A DNA stretch of 64,000 nucleotides, from positions 125,432 through 189,431 of the forward strand of contig JAGORL010000001.1 in the NCBI GenBank assembly GCA_018062825.1, given 5' to 3'. The stretch comes from Patescibacteria group bacterium. Lineage in GTDB: Bacteria; Patescibacteriota; Patescibacteriia; UBA9934. Of this stretch, positions 8,857-19,600 are shown piece after piece. Made by a program: the position numbers and the translations under genes. The notes beneath the pieces are model-generated. The model saw only the letters and a program-made list of their open reading frames with translations, was not told where the DNA came from and did not search any database. How positions within the stretch are numbered: position 1 is the stretch's first letter; each line of letters begins with the position of its first letter.

Positions 8857-10640
8857 TACATCTTGTGAAAGCTCTCCATATTGGCGCCATCTTCATCTTT
8901 CTCGCACTCATAGCTGTTGCAGTTCCTGATCTTGTAGTGCATGCGCAATCGCAAGAAGCGCTCGAGGTCGCGCAGACTGCTGGTTTAGGAACCGGTCGTA
9001 GCCTGCCGCAAATTATCGGCACCATCATCAATGTCTTTCTAGGATTCCTAGGAGTCATCTTCCTTATTCTTGTTATTTACTCCGGTTTCCTCTGGATGAC
9101 CGCTGGCGGTGATGACGAGAAGGTGAATCGAGCCAAGCAAACCCTTATTCGTGGAGCAATCGGGCTTGCTATTGTATTAAGCGCCTTTGCTATCACGTCG
9201 TTTATCATGAATGCACTTCTTGGAGCTACGGGAATAAACTCCGGCAGTGGCCCTGGGGGTACGGTGGCTATTGAGCGTTTTTCTGGAGCGCTTGGCTCTG
9301 GTCCACTACGTGATCATTATCCACTACGCAACCAAACAGATGTTGCTCGCAATACGAATATCGTTGTTACGTTCAAAGATGCCATCAATCCAGCGGATGT
9401 AATTCTTGGCTACGACACAAATGGTACGCCAACTGATGCTTCGGATGACGTCGTTGCAACCGCAATCAACGCCGAGAATGTGCGCATATATCGCACTATT
9501 GATGGAGAAGAAGGGGCGATCGCAAATGTGTCAGTAGCTCTTACCGAGGACTTCAAGACCTTTGTCTTTAACCCGGCTGAGTATCTTGGTTCAGCTACGG
9601 AGGACGTTTCGTATTCGGTTTTCTTGTCGCCGGATATTCAAAATCTTGCTGGACAAGACGTGTTTGTTGGTGGAAATAATAGTGGATACCTATGGTCATT
9701 TGAAACAGGCACATTTATTGACGTTACAGCGCCAACGATTAAATCCGTAGTGCCTATGTCAGGCGCTACGTATGATCGAAACATCGCCATTCAAGTAACC
9801 TTTTCAGAAGCGGTAGATCCAACAGCAGCTTCAGGTATTCGTGAAGCGGCGAGTGGTTTCTCAAACATTCTTACCTCTGGAGGGTCGGGAATTTTATCTG
9901 GAACATACACACTTTCAAACGGATACAAGACAGTAACCTTCCTGACGGATGACGTTTGCGGCACTAATTCATGCGGTGAAACAATCTATTGCTTACCAGG
10001 TTCTCAGGCAATTAGCGTGGACGTTAAGGCGGCAACTCCGGGAGCAACGCCTCCACAAGTAGATACGTTCCCATACAACGGTATCGCGGACATGGCTGCC
10101 AACTCCCTGGATGGCAATGATGACGGCGTAGCAGGCGATGGTTACGTTTGGGGCTTTTCAACCACAAATGACATCAACCTCACCGGTCCAGCTATTGAAA
10201 GCATCAATCCAAATATTCTGGCTGAAGACGTGCCACTTGATCAGCCGATCACAGCGGTTTTCAATGATGTTTTGCTCGCAAATTCAATCTCATCAGATGA
10301 CATCTTCTTAACAAATATCGAGGTGAGCGGCGGCATGAGTCACGAGCAGTGGTATCGCTTTGACGTTGATTTCTTAGCAGCCGATGGCTCAGAATTATCA
10401 CCCGGCGTTGTTCCACAAAAAAGTGAGGTAACAATTGCGCACGGCACGTTCCTTGAATCGGTAAATGGCTTATCGTACCGCTACGGTGTTGAATTTACTG
10501 AAGGAGTGCGAAACGCATATCAGAATTGTTATGTACCGGCAAACGGGCCAACTGCAACGGGCGCTGCTTGTGGCGTAACTTCAGCTGCTCCGTACTGTTG
10601 TAATGGTTCGGCTTCAGCAGTTGCTTGTGATCTTTTCTAA
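8838..10640 (+). CDS. secreted surface protein with T4SS-pilin-like N-terminal two-helix domain and Ig-like repeats (probable start GTG 8865)
   Basis: signal peptide ...VVHA/Q; motif FLWMTAGGDDEKVNRAKQTLIRGAIGLAIVL; Ig-like repeats; Cys-rich C-terminus (CGVTSAAPYCCNGSASAVAC). Confidence 0.6.
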   Translation: MHASFFVHLVKALHIGAIFIFLALIAVAVPDLVVHAQSQEALEVAQTAGLGTGRSLPQIIGTIINVFLGFLGVIFLILVIYSGFLWMTAGGDDEKVNRAKQTLIRGAIGLAIVLSAFAITSFIMNALLGATGINSGSGPGGTVAIERFSGALGSGPLRDHYPLRNQTDVARNTNIVVTFKDAINPADVILGYDTNGTPTDASDDVVATAINAENVRIYRTIDGEEGAIANVSVALTEDFKTFVFNPAEYLGSATEDVSYSVFLSPDIQNLAGQDVFVGGNNSGYLWSFETGTFIDVTAPTIKSVVPMSGATYDRNIAIQVTFSEAVDPTAASGIREAASGFSNILTSGGSGILSGTYTLSNGYKTVTFLTDDVCGTNSCGETIYCLPGSQAISVDVKAATPGATPPQVDTFPYNGIADMAANSLDGNDDGVAGDGYVWGFSTTNDINLTGPAIESINPNILAEDVPLDQPITAVFNDVLLANSISSDDIFLTNIEVSGGMSHEQWYRFDVDFLAADGSELSPGVVPQKSEVTIAHGTFLESVNGLSYRYGVEFTEGVRNAYQNCYVPANGPTATGAACGVTSAAPYCCNGSASAVACDLF

Positions 10641-13600
10641 TCATCGTCTTGTGAAACGACTTCTCTCCTCACTTCTCATCGCTCTTTCCCTCGGCTTTGC
10701 GGGTAGTCTCGCCTGGCCGTCATTCGTGCCTGAAGTGCACGCTCAAGCCACAGCCGCTCTTGATGGGCTAGAGGAAACAAATGAGTCAATCGGGCTTGGT
10801 GATCAGCCACTCGAGATTATTATCGGAAACATCATCCGCGTTGCTCTCGGTTTCCTTGGTATTATTGCGGTTTGTATTATTCTCTACGGAGGATTCGTTT
10901 GGATGACTTCCGGTGGTAGTGAAGAGAAGGTGAGTAGAGCAAAGAAGATCTTAATTAATGGTGTTATTGGTTTAGGTTTAGTCATGACCTCGCTTGCAAT
11001 TGCAACGTTTGTCATGAATGCTATCTCCGGCGCTACCGGCAGTTCCGCAAATGGTGGTTCTACAGGTGGTGGAAACGGTGGCATTGGCCTTGGCGGTGGA
11101 TCATCAAGCACCTTTGAGGTCACGGCAATTTCCCCACAGGGTGAACTTGCTATTCGCAATGTCGTGGCACAGATCACTTTTTCAAAAAGCGTAGATGAGG
11201 AATCAGTTGCCGGTCGTATTGCGGTTACAAACGTGGTTACCGGCGAAGAGGTTCCAGGAACGCTCTCGGTTAGAAATAGTCGTGTGAGTTTTGTGCCAAG
11301 CACACCTTGCCCTGAGCCAAACGGTGATCGTTTCTGTTTTGATGCAAATACCCAGTATCGAGTTTCTGTCGAAAGCGGCGTAGAAAGCACAGGTGGCATT
11401 ACGCTAACCTGTACGGTTGCGAGCTGTTCAGGAGACTTTGTAACCGGTGAATTGGTAGATGTCGCGTCACCTGATGCGCTCGTCACCCTTCCTGATAACA
11501 ATGCTTCAGTATCAGTTGATGCGTTTATTGATACACAGGTACAGGCAACAGATGATGCTGGTTTGTCAGTTGTAGAGTTCCAGGTGGCAGATGTGCCATT
11601 TGATGCCATGCCAACGTCGGGTACCTCAGCGCTCGTTTCAAGCGTATGGGATACAACAAGCCTGGAGCTTGGTGCACGCTATCGTTTAACTGGCGTTGTT
11701 TTCGATCAAGCTGGAAACAGCGACGACGATACCGCGACAGTTACCGTGCGAGGCGAATGGTGTTTTAATGGCGTTCTTGATACCGATCAAGGTGAAACCG
11801 GTATCGATTGTGGTGGAGATTCGGGTAGTGCAAATTACTGTGGCTCTTGTGCCGGTTCATCATGTGAGGTGAATGCTGATTGTGGTTCCGGAGCAAGTTG
11901 TGTTACCGGTGTTTGTACGATCGTGCCAGAAATCACGAGCATTTCGCCAGATAACGCTGCGCCTGGATCGTTCGTTACTATTTCTGGAGATGGCTTTGGT
12001 CAGGCCGCTGGTTCAGTAACCTTTGGCTTTGGCTTAGCGGGTGAACTTACCGCGCCACTTGCTGCTTGTTCTGAAAACTGGTCACCTCGTCAAATTATCG
12101 TTGAGGTGCCGCAAGGTGGAGTAGATGGAGCAATTTTAGTTGCGGCGGCTTCTGGGCTCACTGACGCTACAAATGATGAGAATGGCATCAGTTTGAATGA
12201 TTTTGATGTTAACGATGTAAATCGTCCAGGCATCTGTGCTGTTACTCCAGATGCCGGTGTTGCAACCTCGGCGGTAGTGCTAACTGGCGCAGGCTTTGGC
12301 GCATCCCAAGGGGAAAGTGAAGTCTATTTTAATGAATCTATTGAGGCGGGAAGTTATGTTTCCTGGGCAGAGAGTGGCGCAAATATCACAGTGCCACCGC
12401 TTGCCGCGGGCGAATATCCAGTAACAGTTGTCGTAGATGGCGTGACATCAAATGCCGTAGCCTTTGATGTAGTAACCGAGGTTGATATTAATCCAGTGAT
12501 CACATCGGTAACGCCTGGTTCAGGTGGTATCGGTCAATACATCACCTTGCAAGGTGCCGATTTCGGCACAAGTATCGGCACGGTTTTTCTTGATAGCGTC
12601 GAGTCCGGTCGTCGAGCCATTGCTTCAATTGATTTTCCAGACGCCTGTGCTGATGATATTTGGTCCGAAACAGAAGTGACGGTCATTATTCCTGATGGCT
12701 ACAGCGATGGTGGCTTCGATTCGCTGGTGCCAGGAGCATATGAACTCACGCTCCAGTCTTCGCGTGGGGATCTTTCAAATACTGTCGCCTTCAATGTTAC
12801 GAGCGCGCAGCCAACGCCTGGCATCTGTGCTATCGATCCTTCACAGGGCGCTGCCGGAGACGTTGTAACGATCATTGGTGATAATTTTGGATCAACTGCT
12901 GGTACTGTAACGTTCTCCGCTGGCTTATCGGCTGTAAGTGGTGATTGGGAAGACGGTGAAATTTCAGTAACGGTTCCAGCGGGTACACAAACCGGTTCCG
13001 TGACCGTAGCTACAGAGGCGGGTGAGAGTAATGGCGTTACCTTTACGGTTGGCGCAAGCGCCACCGGCGCAGCTGCCCCAGTAACGGCAAGCTACGCCTG
13101 GATGTTCTCAACCGGTGAAATTCCGCAAACCCCGCAAGTAATCGTGACCTGTAGTGATACGCAGGTAAGCGGTGTACCAAACGCAACCTTTACGCAGGAG
13201 GTGTGTATTAATGCTGTTGTTTACGTCGAGTTTACTGCAGACATGAATCCAGCGACGCTTGATGACGCCCTAACCGTTGCTCGCTGTACAGCTGGCGGTG
13301 ATAACCCATGTGACACCACTGAAGTTATTAGCGGTTCGTACTCTGTTAATGATCACGCTGTACGATTCACCCCGGTCGACCTCTTGGCGCAAAGTTCAAC
13401 CTACGAAGTCCGAGTCAGTACTGCGGCGCAATCAGTAGACGCAGTTGCCCTTGATGAAGATGTATCTTGGGAATTCACCACCCGTTCTGATGCTACGCTT
13501 TGTAACATCGAGCGCGTTGTTGTAAGTCCGGTAACAAAAACCTTAACAGTAATTAATGACACCGCTCCATATCAGGCGTTACCAGTTACCGGTTGTGTAG

Positions 13601-16600
13601 TGACCGATCCGGAAAGCTATACCTGGTCCTGGGCAACGGATGAAAGCTACGCGCGTTTTAATAGTGCAGTAGATACATCATGTGTTGGCGGTACCTCATC
13701 ATGTGCCACAGTTGAAGCGCTTGCAGAAGGCGAGGCGCTGGTAACAGCTACCGAGGTATCTGAGTCCGTTGCTGGTATAAACGGTAGTGGTGAGTTGATC
13801 GTTAATTTTACCGATCCATACGTCACGCAAGCCTGGCCAAATTGTACGGAAGCTTGTACGAATGCAGAAATTGGAGCTCGTTTTAATACACCGATGAATC
13901 AGGTGTCCATTGAGGCTGCAGGCGCGGTGCGCCTTTATGCTTGTGCAAATGAACTGTGTACATCACTCACGCCAATTATTGGTGCAACAGCTAACTGTCT
14001 ATCTGATGACGCAGGAAACTGTATCGGTTTCGCCCTGGCTCCATTATCACTTTCACCAAGTGATTTCTACCGTGTCGTCATCTCTGAGAGCGTTGAGAGC
14101 ATGAGTGGCGTGCCGCTCATTCGTCCAAATTATGGAACAGACTACTCATGGACCTTCCGCGTACGAGAAGACGCAACGGTGTGTGCTATAGACCGCATCA
14201 CGGTTGAGCCTGCTGATGTTGTTGTAAATACCATTGGTGACACCCGTAATTACACTGGTACCGCCTACGGCGCTGCTGACAGTTGCTCAGTCTCTGGTCA
14301 ACGCTTGGCAGGATATGCCTACAATTGGGGCTGGACTGATCCAATTGAAGATGAAAATAACGATAATAACGCCGCAACTCGTGTAGCAAATTGGTATAAC
14401 AACGCTTCGGTTGATAGTGCTCCGGGAGATGTTGTACTTGGCTGTACCTCATCATGTGTGAGCGCTGGTAGTGCTCCGTATAGCGCAATTTGTGGTGATG
14501 GCTACCTTGATGTTGCAAATGGTGAGGAATGTGAGGATGGCAACGTTGCTTCGGGTGATGGTTGCTCATCGAGCTGTCTGCGTGAAGGTCGTGATACGTT
14601 CGGTGTTTGTGGTAACGAAGTTGTTGACCGAACTCCAGCTGGCGCTGGTGAGGATTGTGATGACGGTGCGCGTGTAAGTGGTGATGGTTGTTCGGCGGAT
14701 TGTTTGAGTGAAGGATCATCAGCCATCGGTGCTACGTGCGGCAATAACGACATCGCACGAAATGTAACAACCCTAGCAGGAGAGGAATGTGATGACGGTA
14801 ACGGTACAAACAACGATGGCTGTTCAGCGCAGTGTCTTAATGAGGGTTCGCCGACCTTAGCTTCGGTTGGTGGTGCAGTTTGTGGTGATGGCTCTGTTGA
14901 TAGCCCTGCGGAGAGCTGTGATGATGGAAATACCGTGAACGGCGATGGTTGCTCAGATTCCTGTCTTTTTGAAGGATCATCGTTAGCGTATAGCGTGGGT
15001 TCGGTATGTGGTGATGGTGTGATTGGTATTGGAGAAGAGTGCGAGGACGGCAATAGTAAGTCCGGTGACGGTTGTTCAAAGAAATGTACGCTCGAGGGAT
15101 CATCCTCTTCCTATGCTGCGCCTTCATTCTGCGGCGATGGCATTATCGGCGTTGGTGAAGTGAACGCTTGCGAGGTCGGCATGAATGGTGATGGTCGCAC
15201 GGATCCAGAGCAGATCGCTATCATTCCAGATGAAGCAGTATTTGAGGTAGATCCAGCAACAGATAAGGCGATTGCAACAATTGAAGTCTCTGAGGATTCA
15301 TCTGGATTGTCTGCAACAACTTCGTTAACGCTCACTTGTTCAGCTACATCAGACAACGACTGTCCAGATCCGTCTGTTTATGGCGTTGGCACGGGTAATT
15401 GCTGTATGGCGCGCCCAGAGGTAACGCTTTTCCCATCCGGTTCGAACATGTGCCGCAATACCGCCATCTACCTCGTTTCAAGCGAGGAGCTTGATTTGAA
15501 CACCTTCATGCAGTCAACAACCGGCGGAGCGGTTACCGTTACGACGCCACGCATGTACGCCAAGCTCGATCTTGTCGCAACAGGAGGTGTTTGTCCTACC
15601 TCACACACCACGCTCGCTCAGAACCACACCAAGAATATCTTTGTTCGCGCTTGGTGGTTTGTGCGCGACATCTTCTTTAAGAATGCTCAGGCAGATAGCG
15701 GTGACTGTGTGGTGCCAATTGTTGGTTACGAACAAACGCCAATGGGAGACGGTACCTTTAAGATCGCCATGAAATACGGCGCACTGCTTGAGCCAAATGT
15801 CGGTTACACAATTGTTGTTGAGGGGGATAATGTCGTTAGCGACGCGGTTGTTGATGGCGTACGTTCACGCTACGGAGTCGGTATCAATGGCACGCAGGAG
15901 ATCGTATTTAAAACAGGTCCAGACGCCTGCGCTCTTGATGCTGTTCAGGTTATTGATACCGAGGATGAAACGCCATATACCTTTACCTTCCTTGATGAAG
16001 AACATGAATACTCGGCAGCGGCGTATGCACTTCGTGGAGGAGTGACCGCTGAAATTCAATCGATTCCTGGCGTATACGCTTGGTCATGGAGTTCATGGCT
16101 TTCCGATGCTGAAGACCTCTTTAGCGCCACTCAAGGTTCTGGTGATGGTGACACGGCAACAATCATGACCGAGGGTCAAAATGGTGAGGCAACGATCGTG
16201 GCAATCGCAGAAGTAACTGATGACGAACTTGGTATTGGTGCAGGTGAGGTGAGCGGTACCGCACCAGCATACGCACTTTTGTGTGAAAACCCTTGGCCAA
16301 ATCCATCGGTCGCCTATCCGTTCACAGATACATCCGCTGGTATTCCAGTTGGCGCGGTTAACGCTGGGGGCTGGATGCGCTTTGCGCTTTCATATTGTCG
16401 TGATGCCGGTAACGCAGGCACAGCTGATGACCTTGGCGCACTCACGGCGGTAGTTGCACAAAATCCAGAAAGTGAGGGCGTGCTGAAGGAGTACCTCTTC
16501 CCAGTTGACGATGGCTCGGGCGATGCTATCGGTATTCGTGTAGTTAGTAACGTGAACTACCATGGCGCTCTTGCGTGGTATGAGGCTCAAGGTTTCGCCG

Positions 16601-19600
16601 GTAGCCCAAGCGAGATCGTCGTTGACGGCTTCCGTGCTGTTCGTGACGGTCGAACCGTCTATGTTATCGCACCAAATCTTCCAGGAGCGATCACCCCGTC
16701 AGCGCCAACAACCGGTTATGTGAATACATACGTATTGTCATACAACCAAGGCGCTAGCGATAGCACGGAAATGATCTTTGATCAGATTCTTGAAAACTTC
16801 ATGTTCGGTATCAATATCAGTGACGTTGGACTCTGTGTTGATAGCGGGGGAGACTTCGTGGTTGAGGATGACGGCACGGGTATGTCATGTTCAAGCGATC
16901 TTGAGTGTGGCGGCGTTGGCGGAGTCTGTGCTTCAGATAAGGCAAAGATTCGTCGTGATACGCAGCGTTTGACGGATATGAGTGACATTGCTGCACTTGT
17001 TAATGATTACGGCATTGAAAACGGTGCCTGTTCCGGTAGTCAGGCGCTGTGTTCTGCGGATAGTCAGTGTCCAGCAACAGAGACCTGCGATCCAATCGTT
17101 CCAACGTTGCCGTCGGGAACTTATATTGCCGGTCTTGCTACAAGTAGCTGGCCATCATGGGATTCCTTGCTCGGCGGCGCCCTTGGTGCAAATGCTCTTC
17201 CTGCCGATCCTTTGAACATGTATCAGTCATGTGGCGTTGGCACTGGCATGGCTGCCACATTTGATGCGCAAACCTGTGTTGATGAAGTACAGGGTAAGTA
17301 TGTGTGTCCGGTCGGTTCAAGCGTGTACCACTATCGCGCTGTCGGAAATCGCGACGCTGTACTTTACGCTGATCTTGAAGACGATTCCGTTGAATGGGCA
17401 GCTGATATTGATACAAGCGCTGCGGATACCGTAACAATTCAGATCGGAAACAGCTCATCAACCGCTGAAGGCTTTGGATCAACGCTTGTTTGTAACGATG
17501 CAGCAGTGGGTGACGCTTGGGGCTTCTCAGCTGTTTGTGGCGACGGCATCCTTGGCGCAACTGAGGTGTGTGAAGTTGGTGATGTCGGCGGATCTTCTAC
17601 GGCCTGCGATGCTGATGGTAACGGCACAATTGATGGCGTGCAGTCGCAGATCTGTAACAGCACGTGTAGCGGCTTTGTGAATAATCCAGCCGCCGCCTGT
17701 ATCGCACCAAGTTGCGGCGACGGCATTGTTGATGGCGGTGAAGAGTGTGATGACGGTTCATCAAATGGTCAGTACGGATTCTGTGGTTCTGACTGTTCTT
17801 ATGACACAGCATTCTATTGTGGCGATGGCTTACTTGCTGGTGGTGAGGTCTGTGACTGTGGCGCAGCGCCGCTCATGTCACCACTTGCTGATTCTCGAGC
17901 ATTCTCATCTGGTGCGGGTACGTGCTCGGGCTTAAACGGTGTTTATAACGCAAGCGCTACCGCAAGCTGCGCGTGGAATTGTGCTGGTCCTGCCGGTTTC
18001 TGTGGTGATAACACCGTACAAAGCGGTGAGCAGTGTGATGGTGAGGCGCAAACCTGGGCAGGTGAGTTGTGTACGTCAAATGCTGGCGATCGCAAGGGAT
18101 TGCCATGTACTGAAGACGCCTATTGTAAAGCCGGCGTTGGCGCTGCAGCCTCTGCGGTATGTGGTGGAACCGCTCCCGCACGTCAGGCGTGTCAGGTTGG
18201 TTACACACGTGTTCGTGAATGTGATAACGGTCCGGGTGGTAGCTGTACCTATGATGCCGGTTGGGTAGCTACAGCGTGTACAGAGATCGGATCTTGTGGT
18301 GATGGCGTTGTTGATCCAGATGAAATGTGTGATGACGGTAATACCGATAGTACTGATGGTTGTACCGCAACCTGTCAGGCAAATGTGTGTGGCGACGGCT
18401 TTGTTTACTCAGGAGAGGAAGAGTGTGATGAGGGCGCAGGAAACGGCGCAGCCTGTGATTCTGCCTACGGATCAACATGTACTTCCTGTACTACATCTTG
18501 TAGGTACACCGTTTCTTCTGGTGAGTTCTGTGGTGACGGTGTCAGAAACGGTAATGAATTCTGTGATGCGAGCGCTATTCCATACCGTTGGTTTGATACT
18601 ACGGTCAGCGGTTTGGGCTTTGTTACCGATATGACCCTAGGTGACACCTGTTACACCCTCGGCAGCACGAAAGTTGAAGGTGGAAAGACCTACACCTGCC
18701 GAAGCGTTGGTATCTGTAACGGCGGATCAAGCAATGGTCAGTACTGCACTGCATCTTCTATTCTGGGAACATTCGGTACCGATGTCGCTGACTGTGGCAG
18801 CGAGATCTTCTTGATAGATGGTGAGTCAAAAATAGGTAATGGTGAGTGTGTAAAACCAACCTGTTCCGGCACGTGTGGCAGCGCTTGCCCGTTCTCGTAC
18901 GCTAGCGCTTCATTACTCATGACGCCAAATCAACCAGGTGCGCCAGCTAGCTCCACCGTCTCGCTCTACTCGTTTAGCGACGACTCAACAGCGACCCTGC
19001 CAAACGCCGCTTCAATCACCATTCCTTCCTGTAACGCCGCCACCGGCCTCACGGCTACACTTGATACCTCGGGTATTGATCTGCCTGATACGTACGTTGT
19101 CTTCATTACTGACAGATCGGGATCGATGGCTACATCAGCTTTGTCTGGTGAGGGTATGAATGTTGCGAAGGATGTCGTCCAAGATGGTATCGAAACCTTA
19201 TTTGATGAGCTCGGCGAAGAGATGTTCATCTCACTTGTTGATTACAGCTCAACTGCCTCATCATTCCCAACTTCTGGTTTCTATGGACCTAATGATGAGA
19301 GTCTCTTACTTGCAGAAGTGGAGACATATGTGGCGAGTGGGTCAACGGAAACAGATGATGCGATCAATGCAGCGAAGACACGGCTAGATTCTGTCTTTGA
19401 TAATGGCAATATTCGTCGAGTAGCAATCTTGCTTTCAGACGGTGTGCCAAATTCTACTTCAGCAACAGATACGGCAGCTGAAGCCTTCAAAGATGCCGGC
19501 TACGAGCTCTACACGATCGCTCTCACAAACACCAGCAGTTTGATTGATAACATGAATGGCTGGTCATCAAATAATGAAAATTGGGACTCAGATGATGGTG

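Noticed and set aside
10603-10650. ATG at 10603 as start of the giant gene, and GTG at 8838 for the first adhesin
   Set aside because: The ATG at 10603 lies inside the preceding gene. Both upstream codons precede paralogous GTG-AAA codons (8865 and 10651) that begin matching signal peptides ending VHA|Q; the upstream codons are probably not used. Track coordinates kept in the feature list with the probable starts noted.
14198-15127. His/Gln/Pro-rich antisense ORFs inside the giant gene (14198-14719 -, 14502-15053 -, 14837-15127 -, and many 60-140 aa ORFs between 15.5 and 19.5 kb)
   Set aside because: Generated by the reverse complement of the GDG/Cys codon repeats; sense-strand ORF is continuous for 9.3 kb with coherent domain structure.
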